Below are positions 27,119 through 38,488 of a stretch of DNA of 60,798 bases, in pieces. Made by a program: the position numbers and the translations under genes. The stretch's first letter is position 1, and every line of letters starts with the position of its first letter. The notes under the pieces were generated by a model. It made no database searches, was not told the origin of the DNA, and saw nothing but the letters and a program-made list of their open reading frames with translations. Location: positions 1-60,798 of the forward strand of contig JBJLFK010000001.1 in assembly GCA_045565415.1 (NCBI GenBank), in the 5' to 3' direction. This stretch comes from Alphaproteobacteria bacterium (lineage in GTDB: Bacteria; Pseudomonadota; Alphaproteobacteria; MED-G09).

Positions 27119-28282
27119 ATGATACATTTTATTATATTAGCTGCAGGAAAAAGCGAACGTTTCAAAAAGAAAAAGAGTAAATTTTCTAAACAATTTTTCA
27201 AAGTTAATGGAATTTCACCTCTAGAGCATTTGATGACATCAGTCTCAAATAACCCCTTAATAAACTCAATTACTTTGGTTGTAAATAAGGATGATAAATC
27301 AGAAATAGCGGGCTTTAAAAAAAAATACCATAAGTTGAATAGTATCATTAACGGCGGCATCACTCGTCAACAATCAGCTTTCATAGCCCTTAAAAGTATT
27401 CGTAAAAAAAGAGAAAAAACTAAAAATGATATAGTCTTAATTCATGATGCTGCTAGGCCATTTTTAGAAAATCAAATTATTAAAAATTGTATTTCTCAGT
27501 TAAAAAAATATGATGGAGTTTTTCCTGCTTTGAATATGGATGATACTCTTAGAAACAATAAAAACTTAAATACTTATGATAGAAACACTATTATTAGCTC
27601 ACAAACACCTCAAGCATTCAAATTTGATAAAATTTATATGGCTTATCAGAAAATTAAAGGAAACTATTCTGATGATGTTGCTATTGCAAGTGAGTTTGGA
27701 TTAAGAATAAAAAAAATCGAAGGACAAAAGTTGAATTTTAAGATAACAAATCCTTCAGACATTGAAATATATGAAAAGCTAATAGATCAATATTATAGAA
27801 ACAGAATCGGAAATGGGTTTGATTTTCATAAATTTAAAAAAGGAAAATCAATCAAAATTGGTGGTTTAAAAATTAAAAGTAAGTTTTCGTTAGAAGCTAA
27901 TTCTGACGGAGATCCTATTTTGCACTCGATTACTGATGCTATCCTAGGGGCATTGAATGAAAAAGATATTGGTTTTCACTTTGAACCAGATAATAAGAGT
28001 TATAAAAATGCAAATTCAATTATTTTTATCAATAGGGCTCTTCTACTGCTTATGGACAAAAAAGGTGAAATTATTAATTTGGACTTAAATATTATATGTG
28101 ATTATCCAAAAATTAACCCAATTAGAAATAAGATTAGAAAAAATCTCTCAAAAATTCTGAAAATTAATGAAGATATTATTAATATTAAGGCCTCCTCAAC
28201 TGAGGATGAAGGGTTTGTTAATACAAAAAAAGGAATAGCTTGCCAAACCGTTATTTCACTCAGGGTATTTAATTATGATTAA
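27119..28282 (+). CDS. ispDF: Bifunctional IspD/IspF (MEP pathway)
   Basis: LAAGKSERF, TRQQS, IHDAARPF, QTPQAF, NFKIT then RIGNGFDFH, SDGD..LHSITDAILGA..DIG. Confidence 0.93.
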   Translation: MIHFIILAAGKSERFKKKKSKFSKQFFKVNGISPLEHLMTSVSNNPLINSITLVVNKDDKSEIAGFKKKYHKLNSIINGGITRQQSAFIALKSIRKKREKTKNDIVLIHDAARPFLENQIIKNCISQLKKYDGVFPALNMDDTLRNNKNLNTYDRNTIISSQTPQAFKFDKIYMAYQKIKGNYSDDVAIASEFGLRIKKIEGQKLNFKITNPSDIEIYEKLIDQYYRNRIGNGFDFHKFKKGKSIKIGGLKIKSKFSLEANSDGDPILHSITDAILGALNEKDIGFHFEPDNKSYKNANSIIFINRALLLLMDKKGEIINLDLNIICDYPKINPIRNKIRKNLSKILKINEDIINIKASSTEDEGFVNTKKGIACQTVISLRVFNYD

Positions 28283-28736
28283 TAAATTAATAGTTAATTT
28301 TTGCACTCTCTTCAATTTGGGTTTTATAAAATTTATGCCGGGAACTATTGGTTCATTAGTTTCGCTCCCTATAGGGTACATAACTTTAAAATTACTTGGT
28401 TTTTGGACATTTATTCTCATAATCATTCTTCTACTTTTAATTAGCTATTTTGCTATATCAAAATACTTGATATCAAATAAATCAAAAGACCCAAAAGAAG
28501 TTATTATTGATGAGTTTATTGGTCAGTTTATTGCTTTGATTTTTATTCCAAATAGTGTTTTAGGATTATTGTTAAGTTTTTTATTGTTTAGGTTTTTTGA
28601 TATTACTAAACTTTATCCCGTTAACAAGGCAGAAAAAATACCAGGAGCAATAGGGGTTTTAGCAGATGATATTGTGGCAGGATTAATGACTGCTGGTATA
28701 ATAGTATTTTTAAATATCTTTGGTATTAATTTATGA
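28275..28736 (+). CDS. pgpA: Phosphatidylglycerophosphatase A
   Basis: PGTIGS, DPKEVIIDEFIGQ, LFRFFDI, DDIVAG. Confidence 0.93.
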   Translation: MINKLIVNFCTLFNLGFIKFMPGTIGSLVSLPIGYITLKLLGFWTFILIIILLLLISYFAISKYLISNKSKDPKEVIIDEFIGQFIALIFIPNSVLGLLLSFLLFRFFDITKLYPVNKAEKIPGAIGVLADDIVAGLMTAGIIVFLNIFGINL

Positions 28737-29224
28737 ATAAAGTCAAAATTGATAAACTGACTCAAAAAGTCGTCAAAGAGTGTGAGAAACAAAAAAGAAT
28801 ATTGGCTGTAGCTGAAAGCTGTACAGGCGGAATGTTAAGCAGTTACATAACCTCTATTTCGGGCTCCTCCAATATCTTTGATAGAGGTTTTATTACTTAC
28901 TCCAATAACGCAAAAATTGATTTAATAAATGTAAAAAAGAAAACAATAGAAAAATTTGGTGCAGTTTCTAAAGAAACAGCTATAGAAATGGCTGAAGGAA
29001 CTATAAAAAATTCCTCCGCCTCATTAGCCATCGCAATAACTGGAGTAGCTGGGCCAGGTGGAGGCACATCAGTTAATCCAGTTGGAAATGTATATATTGC
29101 AATAATGATCGATGATAGAAACGATGTAAAAAAATTTAATTTTCCAAATAAAGGCAGAGAATTTATAAGGAAGGCATCTGTTTATGAAGCATTACAATTG
29201 TTACATAATAAGCTTAAGAAGTAG
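28733..29224 (+). CDS. cinA: CinA C-terminal domain protein (NMN deamidase, PncC-like)
   Basis: AESCTGG, SGSS, TYSNNAK, GAVS, ITGVAGPGGG. Confidence 0.9.
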   Translation: MNKVKIDKLTQKVVKECEKQKRILAVAESCTGGMLSSYITSISGSSNIFDRGFITYSNNAKIDLINVKKKTIEKFGAVSKETAIEMAEGTIKNSSASLAIAITGVAGPGGGTSVNPVGNVYIAIMIDDRNDVKKFNFPNKGREFIRKASVYEALQLLHNKLKK

Positions 29225-29642
29225 ATAGCAATCTTTTCTCGAAAGATGAAATTGTTTCTTTTATTAGAATCTCTGATGCGGTATCAATAGCTTTTTCTAA
29301 AATATTATTATTCAAATCTAGCTCTAAATTAACCGAAACTAGAGTTCCTTCATCATATTCATCAAAAACCCAATTTGCTTCTAAATAACGAAAAGAACCT
29401 TTTACTCCTAATGCATTAATCTTTCTTTCATAATCATAAAGTATAACTTTGCTTACAAATGAACCTGAAAAAAGAAGATACTTCATATTTAGCTTAGCAA
29501 AAAAATAATCATGGACTCTTCTTTCAATAATTGATTTTTCACACCAAGGTATAAATTCAGAATAAGATTCAACATCAGAAACTAAACCATAGAGGTTTTC
29601 AGCCGATGAATTTGAATAAACCTTTTTTTCAATTTTTATCAA
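29214..29642 (-). CDS. ratA: START-domain Coq10/RatA-family protein
   Basis: LVSDVESYSEFIPWC, GSFRYLEANWVF, FEKR; follows lipA. Confidence 0.8.
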   Translation of the reverse strand: MIKIEKKVYSNSSAENLYGLVSDVESYSEFIPWCEKSIIERRVHDYFFAKLNMKYLLFSGSFVSKVILYDYERKINALGVKGSFRYLEANWVFDEYDEGTLVSVNLELDLNNNILEKAIDTASEILIKETISSFEKRLLSTS

Positions 29643-30569
29643 TTAACTTATTTTTTTAATTCTATTTTGTTTAAGAATTTTAAAATCCTCTTCTGCATGA
29701 TGAGAGGAGCGCGTTAAGGGGCTAGATGAGACCATTAGGAATCCCTTTGATTCAGCTATTATTTTATAATTATTAAATTCATCTGGAGTGACATATTTAT
29801 CAACTGGGGCATGCTTTTTTGTTGGCTGTAAGTATTGACCCAAAGTTAAAAAATCAACCTTTGCAGCCCTTAAATCATCCATAACCTGCATAATTTCATT
29901 TTTTTCTTCTCCAAGTCCTAACATTAATCCTGATTTAGTAAATATATTAGGATTTTTGTCCTTAACCTCATTTAACAACCTTAGAGAGTTAAAGTATCTT
30001 GCTCCAGGTCTAATAGATAAATAGAGACGCGGAACAGTTTCAAGATTATGATTAAATACATCAGGACAATCTTTCAGTATTTTTTCTAGCGCATCTTCTT
30101 TTTTCAAAAAATCTGGAGTTAATATCTCTATAGTAGTTTCAGGGGATGTTTTTCTGATAGAATTTATAGTTTTAGCAAAATGCTCTGCTCCGCCATCATC
30201 AAGATCATCTCTATCAACCGAGGTAATTACTACATGACTTAAGTTCATTTTTTTTACAGCTTGTGATATTTTATATGGTTCAAATACATCTAGTTTATCA
30301 GGCAGTCCTGTTTTAACATTACAAAATGCACATGCTCTAGTGCATGTATCTCCCATAATCATAAAAGTAGCATGATTTTTTTGCCAACATTCTGAAATAT
30401 TAGGACAATTAGCTTCTTCACAAACAGTTACAATCTTAGACTCAGAAAGTATTTTTTTTGTTTCAAGAAATTTCTCTGATCCAGAAACTCTTACTCTTAG
30501 CCAATCTGGTTTTCTAATTTGAGATGTCTCTTTATTATTTCTTTTCTCAGGGTGACGAATGGAAGACAC
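29643..30569 (-). CDS. lipA: Lipoyl synthase
   Basis: [20 protein letters not shown] radical-SAM motif, RSSHHA; GTG start. Confidence 0.97.
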   Translation of the reverse strand: MSSIRHPEKRNNKETSQIRKPDWLRVRVSGSEKFLETKKILSESKIVTVCEEANCPNISECWQKNHATFMIMGDTCTRACAFCNVKTGLPDKLDVFEPYKISQAVKKMNLSHVVITSVDRDDLDDGGAEHFAKTINSIRKTSPETTIEILTPDFLKKEDALEKILKDCPDVFNHNLETVPRLYLSIRPGARYFNSLRLLNEVKDKNPNIFTKSGLMLGLGEEKNEIMQVMDDLRAAKVDFLTLGQYLQPTKKHAPVDKYVTPDEFNNYKIIAESKGFLMVSSSPLTRSSHHAEEDFKILKQNRIKKIS

Positions 30570-30637
30570 TTTTATAAATCCTTAAAATTATGTGATAATT
30601 TATCAAAAAAATTAAATATAAGCAATTTAGTGTTTAG

Positions 30638-30991
30638 TTAGTTTAATTTAATTATATAATCATCTTCCTGAGCATAACCTAAATATTCCCTTATAGTCTG
30701 ATCCACAAGGTCAGAATCTTTAAATTCAACTATATTCTTTATTTTTATTTCCATTGTAGCGTTATCAATTTTAATTTTTTGTAATTCTTTTGTGTTAAAG
30801 GTTATTTCATGATTAAGGTTATTTAATGACAGCATGCCTCTTGAGGAATAAATTAAATTAGTTAATGCAAAAAAATTTATAAATAAAAAGAAAATTACCA
30901 GAGATGAACTAATCAATAGTTCTTTATAATTTGCTTTAAATAGCAAGCTTCGAAGATATCTAAAAAAACGAATCATTAACCAAAGAATCAT
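30638..30991 (-). CDS. ftsB: Septum formation initiator FtsB/DivIC
   Basis: Single TM helix, coiled coil, DLVDQTIREYLGY; directly after eno. Confidence 0.75.
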   Translation of the reverse strand: MILWLMIRFFRYLRSLLFKANYKELLISSSLVIFFLFINFFALTNLIYSSRGMLSLNNLNHEITFNTKELQKIKIDNATMEIKIKNIVEFKDSDLVDQTIREYLGYAQEDDYIIKLN

Positions 30992-31020
30992 AAAAGACTA
31001 TGATTGGTCAATAGTTAAAA

Positions 31021-32295
31021 TTAATTCTTCTTTAAAATTGATTTACCTGCATATCTAGAATTATTCTTAAGATTGCTCTCAATCCTAATTAACTGATTGT
31101 ATTTTGCAACTCTATCAGACCTAGTCATTGACCCTGTTTTGATTTGACCAGAATTTGTTGCTACAGATAAATCCGCTATAAATGTATCTTCTGTTTCCCC
31201 AGAACGATGAGAAATAACACATGAATATTTATTATTTTTAGCAATATCAATTGTTTCTAATGTTTCAGTGATAGTGCCTATTTGGTTAACCTTAATAAGT
31301 ATTGAATTAGCTGCATTCTTTTCTATTCCCATTTTTAATCTTTCTGGATTAGTTACAAAAAGATCATCACCTACAATCTGGATTCTTTTTCCAACTCTTT
31401 CATTCAGACTTACCCATCCATTCCAATCATCTTCATGCAAAGGGTCTTCAATTGAAAAAATAGGATATTTATTTGTTAGCTCTTCCCACATATTAATTAA
31501 ATCATCACTGCTAGATGCATTATCATTAGATAAAAAATATTGGCCGTCTTTATATAGTTCTGATGCAGCAATATCTAAAGCAAAGACTATATCCTCTTCA
31601 AGCCTATAGCCTGCTTTTTCAATGGCTTTACATAGATAAGATAACGCGTCTTCACTTGTTTTTAAATCTGGCGCTACACCGCCCTCATCTCCAACATTAG
31701 TGCTAAATCCATCGTTCTCCAATAAATTTTTAAGAGAATGAAAAATTTCAGAACCTGTTATAATTGCATGATTAAATGTTTCTGCAGATATTGGCATAAT
31801 CATAAATTCTTGAATAAATAATGAATTATTAGAATGTGCCCCACCATTAATCAAATTCATCATAGGGACAGGCAAAATATATGAGTCTGATGAGTTTAAA
31901 TATTCATATAAAGGCTTTCCCTCTGAATTAGCTTGAGCCCTTGATAATGCAAGTGAAACGCCCAATATTGCATTTGCTCCTAATCGAGATTTATTGTTTG
32001 TTGAGTCTAGGTCAATCATTTTATTGTCGATTTCTTCTTGCTCAGATGCTTCCATACCACAAAGAGCATTACTTATCTCAGTGTTAATACCTTCAACGGC
32101 TTTTAATACTGTTTTTCCTGATAAAGTTTGTTCTTTATCTCTAAGCTCATATGCTTCATATGCGCCTGTAGAAGCTCCTGAAGGAACTGATGCCCTTCCG
32201 AAACTGCCATCTTCAAGAGTAATATCAACTTCAATAGTAGGATTACCTCTACTATCGAAAATCTGCCTTCCTTTAATTTTTTTAATTTTTGACAT
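31021..32295 (-). CDS. eno: Enolase
   Basis: DSRGNPT, VPSGASTG, GDEGG, SHRSGETED, QIKTGS. Confidence 0.98.
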   Translation of the reverse strand: MSKIKKIKGRQIFDSRGNPTIEVDITLEDGSFGRASVPSGASTGAYEAYELRDKEQTLSGKTVLKAVEGINTEISNALCGMEASEQEEIDNKMIDLDSTNNKSRLGANAILGVSLALSRAQANSEGKPLYEYLNSSDSYILPVPMMNLINGGAHSNNSLFIQEFMIMPISAETFNHAIITGSEIFHSLKNLLENDGFSTNVGDEGGVAPDLKTSEDALSYLCKAIEKAGYRLEEDIVFALDIAASELYKDGQYFLSNDNASSSDDLINMWEELTNKYPIFSIEDPLHEDDWNGWVSLNERVGKRIQIVGDDLFVTNPERLKMGIEKNAANSILIKVNQIGTITETLETIDIAKNNKYSCVISHRSGETEDTFIADLSVATNSGQIKTGSMTRSDRVAKYNQLIRIESNLKNNSRYAGKSILKKN

Positions 32296-32393
32296 TGAAA
32301 AATTTATTACTACATCCTATTCATTATTACTATTAAATAACAATTTACCGCCATATAGGCTACTATATAAATATTTAGATTTAGAAGATAATT

Positions 32394-32831
32394 ATGAAAC
32401 ACCTAGGAAAAGAAAATAAAAAATTTACCGAACCATCGGTTAAAATATTAGACAAAGTAGAAAATAAACGAAAAGAAAACTTTCTTGTGAGGTTTTCTCA
32501 ACCAGAATTTACAAGTATTTGCCCTATCACTTCTCAACCAGATTTTGCTCATATAGTTATTGATTATGTCCCAAGTAAATGGATTGTTGAGTCAAAATCT
32601 TTGAAGTTGTATTTTCAGAGTTTCAGGAACCATCAATCTTTTCATGAAGATGTAACAATGCTAATTGCAAAAGATATAACTAAATTATTAAAACCCAAAT
32701 GGTTTCGGATAGGATCTTATTGGTACCCAAGAGGTGGTATGCCCATTGATGTATTTTGGCAATCTTCGGAGCCTCCAAAAAATTTATGGATACCTGATCA
32801 AGGTGTAGGCAATTATCGAGGAAGAGGATAA
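32394..32831 (+). CDS. queF: PreQ0 reductase QueF (type I)
   Basis: [31 protein letters not shown]. Confidence 0.95.
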   Translation: MKHLGKENKKFTEPSVKILDKVENKRKENFLVRFSQPEFTSICPITSQPDFAHIVIDYVPSKWIVESKSLKLYFQSFRNHQSFHEDVTMLIAKDITKLLKPKWFRIGSYWYPRGGMPIDVFWQSSEPPKNLWIPDQGVGNYRGRG

Positions 32832-32834
32832 AGA

Positions 32835-33662
32835 TTAAAATTTTTCTGATTTAACAAGATCATCTATCTTTTTTATTTTTGTTATTATATTTTCAAAATC
32901 TTCAAGTTTTGTGGCTGAAGGTCCATCACAAAGGGCTTTATCCGGATTTGGATGAACCTCAATAAATAGTCCTGAAATTTTTAATGCTATTGCAGCTCTA
33001 GCTAGATCTTCTGCTTGATGGGATCTTCCTCCAGCAGAATTGCCTTTTCCTCCTGGAAGCTGAAGAGAATGGGTGACATCAAGAATTATTGGATAATTAA
33101 AGGATTTTTGTTCTGATATTCCTAGAAAATCCACAATAAGGTTATCATAGCCAAAAGATGACCCTCTCTCACAAAGAATAATATTATCATTTCCAAATGA
33201 ATTACATTTTTCAATTATATTTTTCATTTGATAGGGAGATAAAAATTGTCCTTTTTTGATATTGAGAGGAAGTTCAGTTTTGCATGCCGCACTAATTAGA
33301 TCTGTTTGTCTGCAGAGGAAAGCAGGTATTTGCAGTATATCAACCACTTGAGAGATTTCCTCAATTTGACCCTCTTCATGAATATCGGTTATTATTGGCA
33401 CATCAATATTTTTTTTAATTGATTCAAAAATTTTTTTACCACCTTCAAGTCCAGGACCCCTATAAGAGTCGATAGATGATCGATTAGCTTTATCGAAAGA
33501 AGCTTTAAAAATAAAAGGAATATTATGTTTAATTGTAATTTCTTTGAGTTTTTCAGCTACATTAAGAGCCATAACCTCATCCTCTAATACATTTAATCCC
33601 GCAATAATTGTCATGGGTGAGTTATTGGATAATTTTATTTCTTTTATTTTAATTTCTTTCAT
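32835..33662 (-). CDS. kdsA: KDO8P synthase
   Basis: [38 protein letters not shown]. Confidence 0.96.
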   Translation of the reverse strand: MKEIKIKEIKLSNNSPMTIIAGLNVLEDEVMALNVAEKLKEITIKHNIPFIFKASFDKANRSSIDSYRGPGLEGGKKIFESIKKNIDVPIITDIHEEGQIEEISQVVDILQIPAFLCRQTDLISAACKTELPLNIKKGQFLSPYQMKNIIEKCNSFGNDNIILCERGSSFGYDNLIVDFLGISEQKSFNYPIILDVTHSLQLPGGKGNSAGGRSHQAEDLARAAIALKISGLFIEVHPNPDKALCDGPSATKLEDFENIITKIKKIDDLVKSEKF

Positions 33663-35302
33663 TTTTTGACTTTACCAGAAATTTTAGATTTTTTAACAGA
33701 AGCTTTTATAAAAGATGAAAATAAGGGATGAGGATTAAAAGGTCTTGATTTTAATTCAGGATGGAATTGAACGCCTATAAACCAAGGATGATTTTTTAAC
33801 TCAACTATTTCAGGCAATAATCCGTCTGGAGACATGCCAACAAATTTTAACCCTACCCTTTCAAGGTCGTCAACAAACGACATGTTAACCTCATATCTAT
33901 GTCTATGTCTTTCATTGATTTTTTTAGAACCATAAATATTCCTTACTTTTGAGCCTTTTTTTAATATTGCAGGATATGAACCCAATCTCATTGTTCCGCC
34001 ATATTCACTTTCAAAGTCTCTTTTTTGAATTTCTTCATCTTTTAACCACTCAGTAAGTAATCCAATTACAGGGGTATCTGTTTTACCAAATTCACTCGAA
34101 CTAGCAGATTTATATTCTAATAAATTTCTTGAGACATCAACAACTGCCATTTGCATACCAAAACAAATTCCAAAAAAAGGTATCTTATTTTCTCTTGCAT
34201 ACTTTGATGCAAAAATTTTTCCTTCTGACCCTCTTTTACCAAATCCACCAGGAACTAGTAATCCATTTACGCCATTAAAAAGAGTTTTATTTTTATTTTT
34301 TTCTAATTTATCCGTATCAATATTTTTAATTTTTACTTTAACATTATTTGATACACCTCCATGTGTAAGAGCCTCAAATAAGGATTTATATGCATCATTT
34401 AATTCTAGATATTTTCCAACAACACCAATTGTAACTTCTCCAGTTGGTTTACGAATTCTATCAACTACTTTATTCCATTTTCTCAAATTTGATTTTGGAA
34501 AAGTACTTTTTCCTAACGCATTTAAAACAGCAACATCCAAACCATTGATCTTTAAATCCTTAGGAACTGCATAAATGGTATCTACATCAATTGCTTGAAT
34601 TACAGAATCTTCATCGACATTACAGAAAACTGAAATTTTTCTTATATCAGATTTTGAAATTTCCCTATCACACCTACAAACGAGTATATCAGGTTGAATA
34701 CCAATTGATCTTAATTCTTTAACAGAGTGCTGAGTAGGTTTCGTTTTAACTTCACCAGCAGCACTAATATATGGGACAAGAGTTAAATGAAGGAAACAAG
34801 TCATATTTTTTTTTAAATCATTACTTAACTGTCTTATCGCTTCAAAAAAAGGCAACCCCTCAATATCACCAACTGTTCCACCAATTTCACATAAACAAAA
34901 ATCTATATTTTCATTATTGGAAAGTATAAATTCTTTTATTTCATCAGTAACATGAGGAATAATTTGAACTGTTCTTCCTAGATAATCGCCTTTTCTTTCC
35001 TTACTAATAATTCTTTTGTAAATTTGACCAGTTGTAATGTTATCGTTAATTGATGCGGGAACATTAGTAAATCTCTCATAATGCCCTAAATCAAGGTCAG
35101 TTTCTGCACCATCATCTGTAACAAAAACTTCACCATGTTGGAATGGATTCATTGTACCTGGATCAACATTAAGATATGGATCAAGTTTTTTAATTTTTAC
35201 ATTAAAACCCCTTGATTGCAGAAGAGCGCCTAGTGCAGCTGATGTGAGTCCTTTTCCTAATGAAGATGCCACGCCACCAGTTATAAAAATATACTGTGTC
35301 AT
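33659..35302 (-). CDS. pyrG: CTP synthase
   Basis: [44 protein letters not shown]. Confidence 0.98.
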   Translation of the reverse strand: MTQYIFITGGVASSLGKGLTSAALGALLQSRGFNVKIKKLDPYLNVDPGTMNPFQHGEVFVTDDGAETDLDLGHYERFTNVPASINDNITTGQIYKRIISKERKGDYLGRTVQIIPHVTDEIKEFILSNNENIDFCLCEIGGTVGDIEGLPFFEAIRQLSNDLKKNMTCFLHLTLVPYISAAGEVKTKPTQHSVKELRSIGIQPDILVCRCDREISKSDIRKISVFCNVDEDSVIQAIDVDTIYAVPKDLKINGLDVAVLNALGKSTFPKSNLRKWNKVVDRIRKPTGEVTIGVVGKYLELNDAYKSLFEALTHGGVSNNVKVKIKNIDTDKLEKNKNKTLFNGVNGLLVPGGFGKRGSEGKIFASKYARENKIPFFGICFGMQMAVVDVSRNLLEYKSASSSEFGKTDTPVIGLLTEWLKDEEIQKRDFESEYGGTMRLGSYPAILKKGSKVRNIYGSKKINERHRHRYEVNMSFVDDLERVGLKFVGMSPDGLLPEIVELKNHPWFIGVQFHPELKSRPFNPHPLFSSFIKASVKKSKISGKVKK

Positions 35303-35351
35303 GGAAGTAAATTATAACAAATAGAAAAGAAATTACAAAGATAAAGATATA

Positions 35352-35669
35352 TTAATTTAGATCAGGCAATTCATTAGTATCTTCATCTAAATCAAGATCA
35401 ATTTGAGGGAGATTATCAGAGGCGATATTATCAACAATTGATGAGCTTTGATTTGAACTTGATAATAAGGCAAGAGATAGACTAGTAATAAAAAAAATAG
35501 TAGCAAATATGGCAGTTAATCTTGATAATACATTTCCAGCAGCTCTTCCAGACATAAAGTCTCCTGAACCACCAATTCCAAGACCGCCACCCTCAGATCT
35601 TTGTAAAAGTACTAAAACTATCAAAACGATAGCAATAATAAGATGAATAACTAAAATAAAACTCAACAT
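35352..35669 (-). CDS. secG: Preprotein translocase subunit SecG
   Basis: Two TM helices with LLQRSEGGGLG linker, LSRLTAI. Confidence 0.93.
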   Translation of the reverse strand: MLSFILVIHLIIAIVLIVLVLLQRSEGGGLGIGGSGDFMSGRAAGNVLSRLTAIFATIFFITSLSLALLSSSNQSSSIVDNIASDNLPQIDLDLDEDTNELPDLN

Positions 35670-35712
35670 AATATGTATGCTTTTAAACGATGATTAAAAA
35701 TATTTCAAATCA

Positions 35713-36465
35713 TTAAATAAATTGCTTAAGAATTGATTTCATATCTTTTATTTTCAAGCTAGCTCCACCGATCAATGCTCCGTTAACATTATTCAAAGAT
35801 AATATTGAAAAAACATTTTTTGCGTTAACTGAACCTCCATAAATAATTCTTATTTTTTTTGATCTTTTTCCATATAAGTCTTCGAGTTTTCTAGAAATAT
35901 AATCATGAACCTCCTCAATATCAGAATATTCTGGAACCAAACCAGTTCCAATAGCCCAAATTGGTTCGTAAGCAATCTCTAACAGATTTGGATTGATGTT
36001 ATTTTTTAAAGCTCCCTTTAATTGATTTCCTAAAACTCTTAATGTCTTTGATTTTTTCCTATCTGATAAGCTTTCGCCAATGCATAAAATTGCCTTAATA
36101 TTATTTTTTTGAATATTTAATATTTTTTTGTTCAAAAGATTATTGTTTTCATTATGGTAAAATCTTCTTTCTGAATGACCAATAATGCAATAGGAAGCTT
36201 TTAAATCACTCAACATACTTGCAGAAACTTCACCTGTATAAGCACCAATTTCGTATTCACTACAATCTTGAGCGCCAATTTCAATTTTGGACCTTTGGGT
36301 AAGTTGGCAAAATTTATCTATTAATGTAAATGGAGGGCAAATAAGAATATCAACATTATTAATTAATTTTTTAGAATTAAATTTCAATAAATTTTTAATA
36401 AAAGAAATATCTTTTTTATCACCATTTAATTTCCAATTTCCTGCTATTAGTAATTTTTTCGACAT
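35713..36465 (-). CDS. tpiA: Triosephosphate isomerase
   Basis: AGNWKLN, GHSERR, AYEPIWAIGTG, YGGSV, LIGGASL. Confidence 0.97.
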   Translation of the reverse strand: MSKKLLIAGNWKLNGDKKDISFIKNLLKFNSKKLINNVDILICPPFTLIDKFCQLTQRSKIEIGAQDCSEYEIGAYTGEVSASMLSDLKASYCIIGHSERRFYHNENNNLLNKKILNIQKNNIKAILCIGESLSDRKKSKTLRVLGNQLKGALKNNINPNLLEIAYEPIWAIGTGLVPEYSDIEEVHDYISRKLEDLYGKRSKKIRIIYGGSVNAKNVFSILSLNNVNGALIGGASLKIKDMKSILKQFI

Positions 36466-36577
36466 TATTTTTTATCCTACATTATTTAATTATAATATAA
36501 GCTATTTCTTGCGTTTTTGTTAACAGAAGATACATTAAGCAAAAATTAGTTTTACAAATAACTGAAGGTAAAGATTT

Positions 36578-38485
36578 ATGTTAGATTTATTAAGAAGAAA
36601 TGCTTCTGGGCCATTTGGACTTACGCTAATAATATTGCTTGTTCTTGCATTTTCAGTCTGGGGTATTGGAGATATTTTTAGAAATTACGATGTAGGAACT
36701 TTAGCCCGAATAGGAGATAGAGAAGTAGACTCACAAGAGTTTTTATTTCGTTACAATAGAGAAATCAATAGATTATCAAATGAATTAGAAAGATTTGTTT
36801 CTAATGAAGAAGCTAGAGATTCTGGAATAGACATTCAAATTTTATCAAATCTGTTAGTTGAAAAAACTCTTAATTCTTCAGCAGACAGAATGAAATTAAG
36901 ACCTTCAGATAATTCTCTTACAGAGAGATTAAAGAATACTAACTCTTTTAGAAATGCATTTAACCAGTTTGATAAAAACGTATTTAATCAAGTTTTAAGG
37001 CAAAATGGAATTACAGAGGATCTTTTTTTTACCATGGAAAGAGATTCTATTGCTCAAACTCAAATATATAGAGCATTATTTGAAAATTTAACTATATCGA
37101 AAGAATTTAGTAACTTAATTTATAGATTTCAGAATGAAGATAGAAATGTCGAGTATTTGGTGCTCAATACAAATACAGAAAATGTTAATACATATGAAAT
37201 CAATAATGAAGAATTACTTAATTACTATAATAAAAATAAAGATAGTTACAAATCAGAATCTAAAAGAGATTTTACCTTAATATCACTTTTAAAATCAGAG
37301 TTAAGCTCACTTATTGAAGTTGAAGAAGACATTATTAAAGAGATATATGAAAACAATTTAAGTAATTATGAAACTCCAGAAAAAAGAACATACTATGTTA
37401 TACCTTTTAATTCTTCTGAAGAAGTTAATTTAGCTTTAAATAATTTCGAAGAAAACACTGATATTAATAATATTATAGTTTCAAGAGGGCTTTCAGTAGA
37501 AGATGTTCTACAATCATCACTTTCATTGGAAGAAGGTTTAAATAATGCTATTTCTAATAAAGCTTTTGAAGTAGATAAAAATATTTTAACCGGTCCAGTC
37601 CCTGGTCCTTTTGGTCCAACTTTAGTTTATGTTACAGAGATTGAGTCATCCTTTAAAAAAACTTTTTTAGAGGTAAAAGAAAAAATAGCGCAAGATTATA
37701 AATCTGAAGAAACTCAAGATAAGATATATGAAATTTATAATGTCATTGAGGATCAAAGAGCTGAAGGTTTAACTTTTGAGGAAATAGCTACGGAAAATAA
37801 TTTAAAACTCTCTCAATATTCATCTGTTAATAATAATGGAGATAACTTCAGCAACTCAAATATAGACTTAACTTTAAGAAATTCAATTATTGAGACCCTA
37901 ATATTTGAATCAGATATAGGCCTTGAGATGGACCCTCTTGAAGATCAAAATGGCAATATTATTTTCATAAGGATAGATAATGTTGATGAAGAAAGATTTC
38001 TTAATTTTGATAGCGTTCAAAATAAAGTTAGATCAGATATTATTAATCAACGTCAAAAGAGGGAATTAGAAGATAAATCATTACAATATTTAAATGACAT
38101 AAATAATAAAAATAATGATTTAGAGCAGATCGCAGATAATCTTAATGTTGCAATACTAACAAGAGAAAGTCTAAGTAGGTACTCTTTTGATGAAGTATTC
38201 TCTAGGTCGGCAATACAAGAAATATTTAAAACCAATGTAAATAAACCATTTAAAGCAAATGTTGGTATTGGCGATAGTATAATTATTGGCCTGGTAACAA
38301 AAATTTCAATACGGGAAGAGAAAGAAGTTGATACTGAGACTTTAAATCAACAGAATGAAGATAATCTAAAAAACGAACTTTTATTTACTCTAACTGAGGA
38401 ATTACAAAAAGAATTATCAAGTGAAGTTTATCCTGAAAGATTAGATTTTTTATTTGAAACTATAAATGCTCAAGGATCATTTTAA
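36578..38485 (+). CDS. ppiD: PpiD/SurA-N domain periplasmic chaperone
   Basis: N-terminal anchor LAFSVWGIGD, SurA-like N domain, degenerate parvulin region; position between tpiA and trpE. Confidence 0.82.
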   Translation: MLDLLRRNASGPFGLTLIILLVLAFSVWGIGDIFRNYDVGTLARIGDREVDSQEFLFRYNREINRLSNELERFVSNEEARDSGIDIQILSNLLVEKTLNSSADRMKLRPSDNSLTERLKNTNSFRNAFNQFDKNVFNQVLRQNGITEDLFFTMERDSIAQTQIYRALFENLTISKEFSNLIYRFQNEDRNVEYLVLNTNTENVNTYEINNEELLNYYNKNKDSYKSESKRDFTLISLLKSELSSLIEVEEDIIKEIYENNLSNYETPEKRTYYVIPFNSSEEVNLALNNFEENTDINNIIVSRGLSVEDVLQSSLSLEEGLNNAISNKAFEVDKNILTGPVPGPFGPTLVYVTEIESSFKKTFLEVKEKIAQDYKSEETQDKIYEIYNVIEDQRAEGLTFEEIATENNLKLSQYSSVNNNGDNFSNSNIDLTLRNSIIETLIFESDIGLEMDPLEDQNGNIIFIRIDNVDEERFLNFDSVQNKVRSDIINQRQKRELEDKSLQYLNDINNKNNDLEQIADNLNVAILTRESLSRYSFDEVFSRSAIQEIFKTNVNKPFKANVGIGDSIIIGLVTKISIREEKEVDTETLNQQNEDNLKNELLFTLTEELQKELSSEVYPERLDFLFETINAQGSF

Positions 38486-38488
38486 AAA

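Noticed and set aside
32296-32393. preQ1 riboswitch upstream of queF
   Set aside because: No preQ1 stem-loop with A-rich tail recognisable
31994-32419. 141-aa plus-strand ORF and the other short alternative-frame or antisense ORFs in the track (e.g. 6132-6419, 8666-8977, 14483-14785, 31268-31609, 45690-46085, 59863-60222)
   Set aside because: They lie within or opposite well-supported genes, lack motifs and look like antisense shadows
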